64,000 bases of DNA, taken from the human T2T-CHM13v2.0 reference genome, Homo sapiens. The notes beneath the pieces were generated by a model. The model saw only the letters and a program-made list of their open reading frames with translations, ran no database searches and was not told the DNA's origin. Numbering within the stretch: position 1 is the stretch's first letter; each line of letters starts with the position of its first letter. The stretch is from NCBI RefSeq assembly GCF_009914755.1, contig NC_060934.1. One strand, written 5' to 3'. Shown in pieces: positions 1 through 18,780 of this stretch. A program made the position numbers and the translations under genes.

Positions 1-2850
<2,850 letters not shown>

Positions 2851-3261
2851 TGCTATGGTTTGGATATTTGTTCCCCACAAACCTCATGTTGAAATTTGAT
2901 CCTAATGTTGAAAGTGTTTCAACATAATAGAAGGTGTTTGGGTCATGGGGGCAGCTCCCTCATGAATAGATTAATGCCTTCCCTTGCAGGTTTCTCACTC
3001 TATTAGTTCCCCCATGAGAGCTGGTTGTTAAAAAGAGTCTGGCACCTCCCACCTCTCTTACTTCCTTTCCTGACACACGGTCTCTGTACACACCAACTCC
3101 CCTTCACCTTCCACTACGAGTGGAAGCAGCCTGAGGCCATCACCAGATGCCCAATCTTTAACTTTTTAGCCATCAGAATCATGAGCCAAATAAACCTTTT
3201 TTCTTTATAAATTACCCAGGCTCAGGTATTCCTTTATAGCAACACAAAGTGGGCTAAGACA
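2851..3261 (+). mobile_element. MaLR solo LTR (MST/MLT1A-like) inserted in L1
   Basis: tgctatggtttgga...ctaagaca termini, internal AATAAA, 5-bp TSD ggcat. Confidence 0.9.
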
Positions 3262-3266
3262 GGCAT

Positions 3267-4600
3267 CAAGATATGCAGGTAGATCAGGGGAGCAGAATAG
3301 AGTCTGCGAGAAATAAACTCACACATATATAACCAATTTTTTTGTTTGACAAAGATGCAAAGGCACTTTATTGGCTAAAGAATTGTCTTTTCAACAAATG
3401 GTGCTGGAACATTTGGCTATCCATGTCAAAACAAAAACAAGCAAAAAACTTTGATCTGTATCTCACACCTTTACAAAAATGATCTTAAATGGATCACAGA
3501 CTTAGATGTAAAAAATAAAAAGATAAGAATTCTAGGAGAAAATTTTTGTGACTTAGGGTTAGGCAGAGATTTCTTAGCTATGACACCAAAAGCACAATTC
3601 ATAAAACAAAACAATCGATACACTGCCAAAATTAAGAAGATACTGTTAAAAAGATACTGTTAACAGAATGAAAGGACAATCCACAGGCTGAGGGGAAAAA
3701 TGTGCAAATTGCATACCTGTTGAACACTTGCATGCAGAATATATAAAGAACTTTCAAAACTCAATAAGAAAACAGACAACCTCATAAAAATGGAAATACC
3801 ATAAACAAACACTTCACCAAAGAAGATATATGAATGACGAATGTGCACATGATCAGATATTCAACATCATTAGTTAAAAAGGTAATTTGAACTTTGAAAA
3901 TCCATAAGAAAATACTATACACCTATTAGAATTACTAAAATTAAAAAGACTAACCATACCAAGTGTTGGCAAGGATGTGGAAAAAAATGGAACTCATATA
4001 CTGCCGGTGAGAAAGTAAAATGTTATAATCACTTTTGAAAACAGTTTGAAAAATTTCTTTAAGAGTTAAACATATGCCTATCATATTGCTCCACCATTCA
4101 TATCGTAGGTATTTATCCAAAATAAAAGCATATGTCCATAAAAACACTTGTACATGAATGTCCATAGCAGCTAGATTTTTCATAGCCAAAAACTGAAAAC
4201 AATCCACGTGTCCACCATGGATAAATAAGTTGTGGTATATCCATACAGCAGAGTATTATTCTGCAATACAAAGGGATGAATTACTGATACATCCAACAAT
4301 ATCAACAAATCTCGAAATTATGCTGAGTGAAAAAAGCCAAAGACAAGTACATACTTATGATTCTACTTATATAGAATTCTAGAAAGTGCAAAATTAATCT
4401 ATAGTAATACAAAGCAGATCAGTGGTTTCCTGAGACTGTAAGGAGGGTTAGAGAGAGAAGAATAGAAAGAGACAGGAAGAAACTATTGGAGGTGATAAAT
4501 TCATTATCTTGATTGTGGTGATAATTTCTTGAGTATCTGTAGACTTTAAATATGTACATTTTACTGTGTGTCATTTATACCTCAATAAAGCTGTCAGAAA
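3267..4600 (+). mobile_element. Continuation of the old L1 (ORF2 end and 3' UTR)
   Basis: ttttcaacaaatggtgctggaac, accaagtgttggcaaggatgtgga, ends atacctcaataaagctg. Confidence 0.85.
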
Positions 4601-5319
4601 ACGTATTAAAGTAAACTATAAATACCACCATTAGAAATAATGCATATTTTGTTTAAGATATAGAGGGTTAAGGCAGTATGTGGTTTAAAAAAATCATTTG
4701 GAATTTCAAAGGTTTGGTTTAAGACATAAACATAGATCTTTTTTATAGGATTAATTATTGGTTTAATGAGATGTTACCCCAAGGTAAAGCCAAGATTTAT
4801 TAACCTCCAATGGTCAATTTTCACCTCAGGAAAATAGTGGATTTATAAATATTTATAGCTGTTATAGAGGACTTTTGATGCTATATATTGACACATGTAC
4901 AGAAACAAAGTATATTACTAAGTCTGAAGACTAAGATACAACTTTAAAAATGTGTTTCAAAAAGCATTTCAGGATGACAGTGGAGAAAAATAAAAATAAG
5001 CATGAAGACTTCTGAGATGAGGTACTGTTTAAAGGCACTGAATACTTTTAATTTGGCAGAAACATGAGAATCAGATTGAACCCTGTTATTGGAATAATAA
5101 TTATTATAAGATAATGCTGAGAAAATGTATACTTTTTGACTACAACCACTTACCCTCTGCCATATATAGGAACAAAGAATTCCAAGATGGGCAGTGTCTC
5201 TTGGACTCAGAGTTGAGGATCTTTAGAATGTTTGAAGGGAGTTTTAAAATAAAGCAAGCAAAGCTGAGACACTCATGCAAGCTGGGTAGGGTTATGGGCT
5301 CAAGATGAATCAGCCTTCT

Positions 5320-7320
5320 CTACTGCATTCATCATTAATTAATGAATCCAAGCAACAAATATGTATTAGGCATCTACTATGCACTGACACTTGGTCAAGT
5401 GCTTTTCAAAATTCTGACCTACAGTGAACAAAATCTCTTCTATTTTTAGCATCCTTTCTGAATGGTCTTTTTTATTTCTTGCCATAACAGAGTCATCCCT
5501 CAGGGATACCGTGTCTTCTACAGTCCTATTAAGTGAAAGTCCCATCTAAACATCTTTCTTCCTCCCTATCATCACTACCAGCATATTATTTCCTCTCCCT
5601 TTTGTAAAACTCTTGTGCCTTTGAGAATCAATGATCTGCTTCTATCTCCCTCTTCCCCTCTCCATGGCAATCTCCTACTGTCCCCTGGTTACCACCCCTC
5701 ATTCATGAAAGACTAAGTGCTTTGCTCAGGCTTTCTCCATCCCAAATCCTGCCATCATCCTGAGTCATTTCACCATACCCTTGGGTGACCCATCAACAAG
5801 CTGTTCAATTCCTTAGCTGCCTCATCTTCAGTGACTTCTTCACCTCAGTAACCCCCGGCCAAGACACACCTAGATTAGGAACGGCATCATATTAATGACG
5901 CTAATTCATGTATGCCCCTTCTCACCATGAGTTTCTGTAGTTCTAGTTCAACTACTTGGACTATAATGGTTTTTGTCTTTACCTCTTTCCTTTCTTCCTT
6001 TTTTTCTCTTTTCTCCCTTTTTTCTTATCTTTTAAACCTATATCCCTCTATGTTCTAACTGTTACCTTTCATTTCTACACTTCTTCCTCCACTCAGTTTA
6101 AAATTAAATATTGTGTTTAGACACTTTCCTAAAAACTCTGACATTACTTCTAACTTTTGAAAGAGTTTAGTTAGACTAAACTCTCGCATTATGTCTAACT
6201 TTTCTGTAGGTTCTTTTGGGTATGCAAATAATGACATTCTTTATTGTTTACTTTCCAGTCCTGTACTCTTAATTTATTTTTCTTATCTTATTGTTCCTAA
6301 GACACACAATAAAATGGTGTACAGGTGTGATGCACTAATCCAAATATTCCATTTCTCTCCACCTCCAAGGCAAACTCCCTAGTCTATGACACTATTTTCT
6401 TTCACTTGATCAACTAAATTTCCCTCCAAAGTGGACTCCCTAGAATTACTCTGTTCCTTCCCAATCCTTTTGCATTTCATAAGCATAATAATCTTTTCAA
6501 AACACAATTTAGGTTATGTAATAGCCTTGTCTTAAACTCTTCGCTGGTTTATAATTGCACCCACAATAAAATCCAGAAGCTTTAACAGAGTCTACTTCTT
6601 CAAGCCCTTCTTTTTTTCACTAGATTTTACTCACCCTGCTTTCTTTTTCACTTTGTTTTTCTTTTTTCCAGAAGATGACAAAGCTTTCCTGCCTCGGGTC
6701 CGTCTAATGGCTGTTCTTTCTGCCTGGAATGCTCTTTGCCTCACACTTTTCCTGCAAAACTCCTATTTATCCGGGGAAGCCCTCCCACAACTCCAGAAAT
6801 TCACAATTCAGTCAGCTCTCTTTCTCTCTCCTCCTTTTTTTTAAGAGACAGAGTCTTGCTCTGTTGCCCAGGCTGGAGTGCAGTGGTGCAATCATAGCTC
6901 ACTGCAGCCCTGAACTCGTGGGCTCAAGCGATCTTCCATCCTGAGTAGCTGAGACTACAGGCACATGACACTGTGCCCAGCTAATTTTTAAATTTTTTGT
7001 AGAGATGGGGTCTCACTATGTTGCCCAGGCCAGTCTTGAGCTCCTAGTCTCACCTCAGCCTCCCAATGTGCTGAGATTACAGGCATGAGTCACAGCACCG
7101 GCTCGCTCTTTTAAAATGTTTCATGCAACTCTTCATTTTTCCTTCAAAACACTTACTACCTCATGTAATTATATATATTTACTTATATGGCTACTTAATA
7201 TATGTCTCTCTCATTGTACTAAAAGCTCTGTGTATTTCCCCATCATCCCTAGCCTATGGCACTTTGCCCAGAAAATAGTGTGCTCTTAATATTTATGGAA
7301 TGAATAAACAGATGAATGAG
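5320..7320. mobile_element. L2 fragments (with a small L1 piece ~6130-6330)
   Basis: L2 3'-end motifs (caacaaatatgtattaggcatctactatg; atttatggaatgaataaa) and pyrimidine-rich L2 body. Confidence 0.6.
6835..7103 (-). mobile_element. Alu (J-like)
   Basis: Antisense Alu consensus. Confidence 0.9.
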
Positions 7321-7703
7321 GATATAAAGAAGACACAATCCTGGCTCAGAAAATTGCACTCACAAATCTTTCCTTCCAGTCTCAATGAGTTGTTGGCCTT
7401 CCCAGTGTTAGAAGTGGCAATAAGGAACAGAATGGTATCCATGATCCCAACTTCACATTCCACAGTGAGAGGACCTTGCTAGGTCAAGAGCGGATTAATG
7501 TAAGCAGTTACAGCAACCTGAATCAAGGTAGTGAAAATGGCAGGAGGAGCAGGATAAACTGGGGTGAGAAATTAAATCCAGGCTTCATTCATTACACAAC
7601 TAAACCCAGAAAAGTAGGATAGCTAAAATATCCACAGTTTTTATTTCCTTAGATTCCTTAAAGTCCATTTATTTCTCCTTAATTGCTTAATAAAGGAGTT
7701 TGT

Positions 7704-7993
7704 TTTCTTAAAGACAGAGTCTCACTCTGTCACCCAGGCTGGAGTGCAGTGGTACAATCATAGCTCACTGCAGCCTCAATCCCCTGGCCTCAAGTGATCC
7801 TCCCACCTCAGCCTCCTGACTGGCTGGGACTACAGGCACGCACTACCATGCCCAGCTATATTTTTAAAATGTTCAGTAGAGACGAGGTCTCGCTATGTTG
7901 CCCAGGCTGGTCTCAAACTCCTGGGCTCATGTGATCCTCCTGCCTCAGCCTCCTAAAGTGCTGGGATTCAGGCGTGAGCCACTGCACCTAGCC
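7704..7993 (-). mobile_element. Alu (J-like)
   Basis: Antisense Alu consensus. Confidence 0.9.
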
Positions 7994-8561
7994 TACAAAG
8001 AATTTTTAAACTGGTGTTGCATGCGAGTAACTAAGAAAAAGATCCATGCTGTTGCCCAGAGGAAAAAACAAGTAGCAGCAACTGTTAGCTTCCAAAGTCA
8101 GAAGCAGCCAAGGTTCCTTGAGGAGAGATGTAGCGTTCCACACGTTTAAATGTGGGTTGAATGGTAAATGTTGGTTCCTTCTCAGAGATCCCATCTTCCT
8201 CCCAGTCTTCAATAATGAGCTGTCCCTCCTTCTATTCGAGGACCCTACCCCAGTGCCCTGAGACCATCCTCTCGTCCCTCACATGAGACCTTCGCCTTAT
8301 GTCACCTTGTACCTTCAGCCAGGCTTTCACTCTCTGTTGGAAACATCCCCTTGAACTATAAATCGGCTTGTTTCTCATTTCCCTTGAATTCATATTACCC
8401 TCTGGCTATTATATAACGTATATCCTTCTTTCTCATTAAACCTCTCCATTTCCTTACCTCCCACTCACTCCCTAACCCACTGCAATCTATTTAGAATTTT
8501 AAAACCCTTTCTAAAATAACTTCCTATCTAAAAATCCAAAGAGCATTTTCTAGTGTTTATC

Positions 8562-8776
8562 CAGTGATGTGCCAGTAAAATATTGAATAATCAGCTTTTC
8601 AGAGCAGAGGTCGGGGAGCCTAGATTTGTAGTACATTCCTCTTTCATTAAGTGTTGCAAATACATTCACCATGACTGCTTTCAGCTACCAACTTGGCGTC
8701 AACTGGTTTGCAAAACTTCTGAAAATTTAACATTGGCATTTCTGAGCCATGATGAGCCTGCCCTAGCACACCATTG
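8562..8776. mobile_element. hAT-type MITE (MER63-like)
   Basis: Terminal inverted repeats cagtgatgtgc...gcacaccattg. Confidence 0.65.
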
Positions 8777-9990
8777 TAATCTTACTGAAATCCTCTGTTG
8801 CATGAGAATCTGTCAATCACTCTTTACTTCAACTTCCCATTCTCTGATACTCCATGATATTACACGCCTTTGAGACTTCTCCTACATCTTTGCCTGTTAC
8901 CTTCCTGGAATCTTCTTTCTCCTCTTGCTTACGACTTAAAGTTCACTGGGGTCCAATGATGTTCTTTCTTGACAAACTTTCCTAGTGAAATCAAACCGAA
9001 CTTCTATAGTTTCAAATGCTGTTACATATCTCTCACTCAAGAGTGCACCTGAACTGCCTTGTGGTCAGACAGACTCTGCAAACCCAAAGTGTCATAACCA
9101 TTCCATGACCTGGGCTCCCTACCTCTTTCTAATCAGTAAAGCACTGCTCTTTTATCTCCCTAATAATTCCTAAATCCAGCTCTGTTTCTCCATTTCTATC
9201 AGTATTGCTGTTTCAAAAGGTGGAATCATTTATAAAGCAATCTATAAGAGTCAAAGTTAATGATATCCCCACCAGTGTAAAACTGATTCACGGGTCATCG
9301 GTCACTGGTACTATTTCCCAAGATGCGTACTGTGTTTTAACAGGAGAAAAAAAAGAGGTTTTGTAATTTAAAAAAAAAGTTTAGGATTCACTGAGTTAAG
9401 TAAGCAGAGGTTTGGGTTGGCTTTCACTTTTCAGAAAATTTATTATGCCAATGTGGATTGCAGAGAGGGTCTGAGTTAAAACAGGACTATCTGAGAGTCA
9501 AAGAGTCTCTCTCCTAGGCTACAATAGCCTTGACCTCATTGTAATAGTCTTAAGTCATCCTTTAAAAAACAAACAAACAAAAAACTATTACTGCCTTGCA
9601 GCACATAAGCTGTCGTTAGAATGCGGTTCAGAGTGACCCTGGTCTGCAGAATAAGAGTTAAAAACCTCAAGAAATGCAAAGCCCTCTGACTTGGTCTCTG
9701 CCTACCACTCCAGCCTCAACGCTGTCTGTCTCTGTCTTTGATCTTAAACTTGAACATTTACAGTTTCATGTTTGCCTTACAAACCATGTTGTTTGCCACC
9801 ATTCTTTTATTCATGCCCTTCTCTAAGCGAGAATTTCTCTTACCAGCCCTCTTGTCCAGATAATGCCTACTTCGGTTCTCTGTTCTCTGGCATCATTACT
9901 TCCAGAGTCCTTCCTGATTTTCCCAGCACCTTCCACCTGTATCTTATTTATTCTCATCATCAAACAGTGCTTGTCTGTATTAAATATATC

Positions 9991-10281
9991 TTTTTTTTTT
10001 TGAGACGGGATCTCACTGTTAACCAGGCTGGAGCTCAGTGGCCCTAACATGGTTCACTGCACCGTAGATCTCCTGGGCTCAAGAGATCCTCCTGCCTCAG
10101 CCTCCCATACAGCTGAGACCACAGGTGCATTCCACCACACCTGACTAATTTTTAAACTTTTTGTAGAGACAGGATCGCACTTTGTAGTCCAAGCTGGTCT
10201 CGAACTCCTGGGTCCAAGTGATCCTCCCACCTCAGCCTCCCAAAGTCCTGGGATTCCAGGTGTGAGCCACTGTGCCCAGGC
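9991..10281 (-). mobile_element. Alu (J-like)
   Basis: Antisense Alu consensus. Confidence 0.9.
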
Positions 10282-10830
10282 ATCTTTTTATTCTCTTGCT
10301 TTGATATCTGGGGCCTTGCTGACCCAGTAGAGACTGCCCCCTCCCGGGGCTAGCTAATTCCTAGAGACAATAAGGGACTCAAATGCAAGTACACCTTTTG
10401 TATGCAAACCAACCAATCCAAAACCCATACCCCTAACCACCTCCTTTACTGGGCTCTTACAGGACTCTTATGGTCCAGGCCACTATTATACAACCTTAAT
10501 ACCTCGGCACCAGGTACCAGACAACTAGGACAGTCCCTATACCCCAGTGCCCACTGAAATTATTCAAACCAGCCAGTCCTAAGCCTGCTTCCCTGCTTCC
10601 CCTGTTCTTCTACAGAAACCACAATAAAAGCTTTTGTCCGCATTTTTCTTTACATGCCATCTCCTCACGGACCCTGGTACTTCCCCTGAGGTCCCCTGTG
10701 TGGTCTGTTGTGCCCCCTGTTTCCAGGGAACTGTGAGTATAAACTTCTTACATGAAGTCTTTTCTGTGTCAGCATGTTTTACTATTATTGATTTAAACAA
10801 ATTCTGAGTACCTTTGAAAATACTGTCACA
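10282..10830 (+). mobile_element. ERV solo LTR (MER21-like)
   Basis: gatatctggggccttgctgacc, gctagctaattcctagag, AATAAA near 10623, ends gtcaca. Confidence 0.65.
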
Positions 10831-11211
10831 TGGTAGATCTTCAAGAAATGTTTGTTGAATAAATAATATTAAGTAACTAATTAGTTCACTGTTTGCAAGA
10901 ATATAAAAGCTACCATCCTGAGTTAGCGTGCTGGTTCATCTAGCTCTGCACTCTGATATCAGTGAATCCATCACAAAATACAGTTGACATCAACAGCTAA
11001 GCTGTATCTTCAAAACAAAAAAAATTCCTTGATGAAAAAAGAGAAAGGAATCACATATTGTTTTTTATTTTCCTAGAATAATGAGGGTTTCAGTTACAGT
11101 AAGACAGTTGGGTTTTTCCCCTTCACTGCCACTAGCTTTAAATCCAACCCTTAAATTTAGGAATATTGAGGGAACTACAAATTGAGGGAATGTAAGCATC
11201 GAGAAAGCCTA

Positions 11212-11568
<357 letters not shown>

Positions 11569-11916
11569 CTAAGAGTCAGGCTGGTTTCTTTCTGGTATGA
11601 GAAGAAGGGAACTACAGGGCTCTCCATAAATTCAGCTCATTTGACTTATTGTGGAAGATGACGGTGTTCTTCATTTCCAGTTAAAATCAGCCACTGAATC
11701 GGTTATAAGTTTTATGTCGCAAGTAGCAGAAAAACCCAGCCCAAACTGGCTTAAACAATAACACACTAGCATACAACGTATAAGTCAGGAGGTAGACTGA
11801 TGCCCTTCTAATGTTAAACACAACTAAAACAGAAAATACTTTCAAGGAAAGATATAGAAGCACTAAAACTATATTAAATGGTACCCCCCCCCCCCCGCAA
11901 AAAAAAAGACTTTTGA

Positions 11917-12258
<342 letters not shown>

Positions 12259-13134
12259 TCAGGTCAGGGAAGGAATGAGATGAAATGGAGAGGAAGCCAT
12301 ATGGTTAAGATTAGGTTGTTTGTCAAGGTTCTTACTTTTGTTTTGCATGGTGGGTTTGAGGCTATTTGTTACATTATTAAAAACATAATAAATAAATAAG
12401 CATACTTAGAGACAGAGCTAGAATTAGAACAAAAATTTTCTGATCCTAGGCAGCTCCTGCAAAAGACAAAAGCTGTTGTTATAGGATGCCTGCTCCTGGT
12501 CCAACCACTCTTCCTCCTCCTCTGTAACTTGGAGAAGGTACAGGGCAACTTCATAATCTTCTGTGCTCAGCGAGGCATGGAGTTAGGGCCTCATTCTATG
12601 CTAAAACAGGATTCAAGCCGAAGAGTTTTAGATGAAATAAATATGCATTTTTAAGGAAAATAAATTTAAGGAATAGCCATTCCTAAGTGCAATAGATTGA
12701 TGGAGTAAAATAAATAAACCAAGAACAGCTACCAATTAGTGGGATGCTCCCTTCATTGTTAACTGAGAATTTGCAAATGCTGAATAATTAATTTTGGCAT
12801 CAATAGTTAACACAATTTAGTAACAGGAGAAGAAGGCTGTCTGATTAAGAAGCCAAATCTTAGGTTGTATTTTAATGAGTAAGGCCAATAACAGGTAAGC
12901 CCAACTCTTCTTGTATTAAATTAATCTCAAATGAATATAATCTTGAAATAATATATGTGATATGTGAGGCTTGCCTGCACTAGGAAACAAAAAGTATTTC
13001 AATGTTTCCATTCTAACTCTTCACTGATTAATGTTATTGGTGATTGGTTGGAAGTGGAGGTAAAAAAACAAAACAAAACAAAAACTGTGTATGAGTCTAA
13101 TAGGAATTTCAGACTATATTTAAAATTTTATCCA

Positions 13135-13280
13135 AGCTGGGCATGGTAGTGCACGACTGCAGTCGCAACTTCTTGGAAGTGTGAGATGGGAGAATTGCTT
13201 GAGCCCAGGAGTTTGAGCCTGGGCAACATAGCAAGACTCCATCTCTAAAAATAATTAATTACTTAATTAAAATAAAATAA
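13135..13280 (+). mobile_element. Alu monomer (FLAM-like)
   Basis: Single Alu arm with AT-rich tail. Confidence 0.8.
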
Positions 13281-14298
13281 AGATATTTTAAAATGTTTTC
13301 TCCTAATGACTGGTCAGAATCCAATTAAAGCTGTGATTCCCAGGCAAAGTTAAGTGAGCTAAAAAATTATTTTGTGAATTTGATCAATATAAAAAGTCAA
13401 ACTAAATCACACAAAGAAAAGGAGCTCTCCAAAACAGCTGCCTGACACTGCCTGCCTCCTTCCCCCTCTGTAGTTTATTCTTGAGGAAAATTTGCTGAAT
13501 TTCTATTAACTCTTTTACTTTATATGTAAAACTTAAAAATATGTTTGTGTGTTGAATTGACACAGTATGGAACTTAAATATTTACCAGTGAACAAAAACA
13601 TCAAGCACCGAAAAAGCCAGAACATACTTGTTTTTTAATCCTGACTAGTTTGACCAGTGAGACAAAAGCCAGTGGGATGTTTGTGTCTGGTGAGGCTCAT
13701 CAAGTTGTTTCAAATGCTCTAGAAATTACAGATGATCACCCTGCCATCTGCTTAATTCTGGCCATGAAGACTCAGTTGTGTGCTGATAATGTCACAGTGG
13801 TTCCCTCATGGTAGAGGACATGGATGTTCAGGCTGCTTTTGAACAAACGTGATGTGATTCGTGATTTGAAAGGTAGCTAATCTGACAGCAGACTGTAGTA
13901 CAGATGGCAGTGAGGAGATAAAAGTGAGGTAGTTATTGTAACATTCTTTAGAGACAGTAATGTGGTCCTGAGTTTGACAGTCAAAATAAACAAGATAGGA
14001 TATAGGGGACAGGGAATGATGAGTTCAGTGCTAAAGATGTTTAATTTAGCATCAGGACATCCAACTTCACCTATAGTGGGAAATGCAGAACTGGTGCTCG
14101 AGAGGATAACGTGAGGACTTAACCAAGGTGGAGCAAGCCACCTGAGTAGAGATCATTGATGCTGTGAAAGGCACTAGCTAGGTCTGAAGAAAATGTCTGA
14201 TCTCCATCCCTCAGCAAATTATAGCAATTGCACAGGCCCCAGCAGATTCCTCTCCCCTACTGTGCTTAGAGATGTTATCATCAGGACTCCTTCTCAAA

Positions 14299-14300
<2 letters not shown>

Positions 14301-14338
<38 letters not shown>

Positions 14339-14432
14339 CACACACACACACACATACACACACACACCCCCAACATACACACTCCACACACACACCCCAC
14401 ACACTCACACCTGCCCCCTCCCCACCCACATA
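14301..14432. repeat. (CA)n microsatellite with degenerate extension
   Basis: Direct observation. Confidence 0.95.
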
Positions 14433-14491
14433 CACTGCATTCCAGGGTTCTCAAGGCTTTAGGAAAAGAAGTCTTGGTCATAAAATGTTTA

Positions 14492-15057
14492 TGTAGGGAA
14501 GAAAAGACTTTTCCTATATCCTTTTAAGATCTGTGGCTGGGCCTGAGAATGAAACTGACAAAAACCGATAAACAGGAGAAATGCATACATATTTTATTTG
14601 ATGTTAATATTTTCACGTACATAGGGGCCTTCAGCCTTCGTATAAAAGAAAGGCCAAAAGAAGTGGATAGGCCTGAGAGCTTGTATACTATCTTAACAAA
14701 GAGTGATAAGTTGTGCATATGTGACAAGACAAACAAAAAGGAGGTTTGGCCAGGGTGGTAAATTGTGGGAAAGTGACGAGGAAATACATAAGGGAAACTA
14801 ATCAACAGTAAGGATTATTTTAGTAAGATTTATTTATACAGATTTATCTCAGCATCAATTATCTGTCTCCAGTGATAAAAATGTTCTCCTCTCCAGGGAG
14901 GACACCTTTCTCACTAGAAATTTATGTCCTGCTTTTAAGTAGAAAGAGCAAGTCAGAAAGCCCTTCCTGCATCTTCTGTTTCTCAACTGCCTTCAGCTCA
15001 AAGTAATCAATGTGCCAATGTGCCATATTTTGAAGTGCCATGTTCTGATCCCCTTCA
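14492..15057 (-). mobile_element. ERV1 solo LTR (MER34-like)
   Basis: Minus strand begins TGAAGGGGATCAGAACATGGCAC...AAAATATGGCAC...TTGAGCTGAAGGCA and ends ...CCCTACA. Confidence 0.7.
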
Positions 15058-15446
15058 TTTGCTATTCTTAGCTTAGCAAATTTTGCTGAAAAGTAACATG
15101 AATACACTAAGATTTCAGCACAGGTACTTGACACATGTGTATCAAGTGCACCACAATATAAAAATTAAAGATATTAATTTGTTATGTTATATATTTATTT
15201 TCTATAAGAATAAACTCTAGATTAATATGTTCTTTTACTCTAGGTTAGGCCACTAGATATTTATGTGCCTATTACAAACCATGAATTTAAAGTGTTCTTA
15301 ATTTTAATTCCATTATATTAACTGGCAATTTCTGCTTGATATACCAAGTGTTAAGGATTTAATCCATTTTTTTCTTACATTTGATAGGTGATTAGGTCCA
15401 AAAAATACCTAATTTTCATACTATTAAAATAAATTCCTTTTACTTC

Positions 15447-15716
15447 ATTTTTTCCCCTGAGACAGGATCTCACTCTGTCACCCAGGCTGAAGAGTGCTGT
15501 GGCATGAATATGGCTCACTACAGCCTCAACCTCCTGGGCTCAAGCGATCCTCCCACCTCACCTCAGCCTCACAAGTAGTTGAGACCACAGGCATATGCAC
15601 CCACACCCGGCTTTTTTTTTTTTTTTTTTTTTTCGTAGAGACAAGGTCTCGCTCTGTTACCTAGACTGAGCTCAAACTTCTGGGCTCGAGTAATTCTCCT
15701 GCCTCAGCCTCCCAAA
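15447..15716 (-). mobile_element. Alu (J-like), 5'-truncated
   Basis: Antisense Alu with expanded middle T-run. Confidence 0.88.
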
Positions 15717-17501
15717 GGATGTAATGTGGACATCAATACCCATCAATACCCTGAGGGTGTGGGGATTATTTGTCACAGTAGAGTACTGATGCCCACATTT
15801 TGTCATGTGACTGTACCCTATTTAAAGTGGTGATGTTTTCAAACTAGAATAAGAGGCCATTTTTGCTGTCTCAGTTTGGATTTAGCCTAAGTACAGTTTG
15901 TAAAAGTTGCTACTCTTGAAAATAAAGCATCATCAGGGCATATCCTGTTAAAACACAGGACACCATGAAAGAATCACAGAGGGCAGTGTCGACTGCTCTC
16001 AAAGAGAACAAATAACAATGTTTGCCCTTGATCCACTGGATCCTTGATCCGGTATCACAGTTAAGATGACATTAGAATTTGTTTTAAGTTTTAACACTGT
16101 TCATAAGAATGGCAGGTAAGAGAGGTAAACGGTCATCACTGATCTTTATTCAATACCACAATCAAAGGTAAATGACATTAACTGGATAAGTATTTGGTTT
16201 TATGTAAGTATTTTTTTTCAGGATAAAGTCTGAGGTAATATTTGGTAATGCAGCCTAAAGCTCTTAAGAGTACCATACTTCAGTATTGGTTATTGAAATT
16301 TTCAAGTTGATCAGACCTGATGCATCCAATGAATCCTTGATCTATTTATAGCTAGGAGAGAAAACGAGACTTTGGGGTATCTAGTGTCCTTCACACTTAC
16401 AGTTTTCATTCATCAAATCAGTCATTTTTGTCCTTCATGGGTATGAGTAGTAGAGAAGGAAACATTAACTATATAAAAACATAGAGTAAATGTATGTCTA
16501 CACATTGCAGTAATTGTTCTGAAAGTGTAAGAGTCAGGCACCACGAGAGAGAATGAGGGAGGGATAGAGGAAGGGTATCAGAGAAAGCCACTGCAAAGCA
16601 GTATTTAAGCTGAAGTAGGTGTTAGCCAGGAAAAGAGGGGTAGCATTTCACATTAAGACAGAATCTCAAGTCTGTTTAATTGCAATAATTTACAATGAAA
16701 TTATATGACCCTTGTATACACCCTATTGGACCTAGAGGTATAACATAAAAATATTATAGATCATCTAACAATATGTGAAAATGTCACTCATTAATTTCAA
16801 ATAGCAATTTGCAATTCTATGGTTATAAACTATTTGGCTTGGGGCAATATATTTCCAGGTCTTATGAAATTATTCATTCTCATTAAACGCTAATGATCCT
16901 TACTGCAAAGATTACAGCTAATTAACTACTCCTTTTGCCTACATTAATTTATTAGTTACTCATGATGAATCCAGTAAATGTTTCCGTGTTAGTTGGCCAA
17001 AGTAAGTACTATGGACCAGCTACCGACACCACTAAGCATGCATGTAAACAAATACTTTGAAAAATAAACACTGCTATCATTAGGTAATCAAGTTGAAATA
17101 CAGACGGACATCAGAACCAAACGTTAAGATATATTAAATAGTCATCCATCTAACATTAGTGGGGTACCAAACATGGTGTTTCCATAGTTACAGGCACTGG
17201 TGCACAGGGACTTTGGTGGTGAGCAGGGTTACCTCATCACCATTTCAGAATCAAAAGAGTAACTGAAAATGATGGAGGTCATTAGCACTGACTTCCTTGC
17301 CTTAAATGCTAACAAGAAGTAGCTGCTTTTTAGAACCAGGAAGATTTCAGACAAAGCCAGCAATGACACCAAGTCATCATTGGTAAGAATGGAAGAAAAT
17401 GAATTCATCAATGCTTCAGAGCAGAGGAGTGGTTCCCAAAGTGTGATCCAGGTAACAGCAGCATCAGCAGCACCTGATAACTTGTAAGAAATTCATGTTC
17501 A

Positions 17502-17849
<348 letters not shown>

Positions 17850-18659
17850 TCAGGGCAAGGCAAATCTGTGTTCTAACCAGGTGATCCTGATACATGCTGA
17901 AGTTTGAGAAACTGCCATTGATTTTAAAATAAAACCAGACTCAAAAACTAGCCTCAATTTTCTTGCAATTTTCTAAGAGTTATTTTCTTTCATTTATTTC
18001 AATTCAGAACAAATTGAAGCCATGTAATAGCATATCATTTAACTCAATAACTTAGCAATAAATTTGAATTGTTAAACTTTGAATAAGTTGAACTCTGATC
18101 TTGGCATATTTTGAATGTGTTATAAATGTAAGGTTTTTGAAGATTATACAGAGTTTGTGCTGCCATAAATTTTTTTAGTTAGTGCAATTTAAATGCACAG
18201 CAAATTAAAATATGACTTATTGACCCAAGAATGTATTATATTTTCATCTGAAAATTTTTGTATCCTTTAGTATATCTCACATTGTATGCACTAAAATTAT
18301 TTGCCTCACTTATAAGAGAGCCTGATATAGAACATATCCAATTCTTTAAAAAATATAAAAAATTAATTATTATTCTTCACATTACACAGAAATCACCTTT
18401 GGGCTTAAAACATGAATTTTTGTACATAATTTAAAAATAAATTTATTCATAAAATCCAGCATCTATGCAATTTTTCTGGTGCATGTATGACAATCAAATC
18501 AACTGTTTTTCAAATGCACAAATTTTTAAGTATTCTGTACACATGTAACATATCCTGTACATTGTCCTACCACTAGGCTGGAGCAGAGTCTGACATCCTA
18601 TAAGAGGATATTGTATAATCTATCTTCTGCTCCATACACTGCATTTCTAAAAATTCATT

Positions 18660-18780
18660 TGCTCTAGAGACAGGGTCTTGCTGTGTTGCCCAGGCTGGTC
18701 TTGAACTGCTGGGCTCAAACAATCTTCCCACCTCAGCCTCCTGAGTAGCTGGGATTACAGGTATGTGCCACTGTGCCTGG
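18660..18780 (-). mobile_element. Alu monomer
   Basis: Antisense left arm. Confidence 0.85.

Noticed and set aside
14193-14496. His/Thr and Cys/Val-rich ORFs
   Set aside because: (CA)n microsatellite translation.
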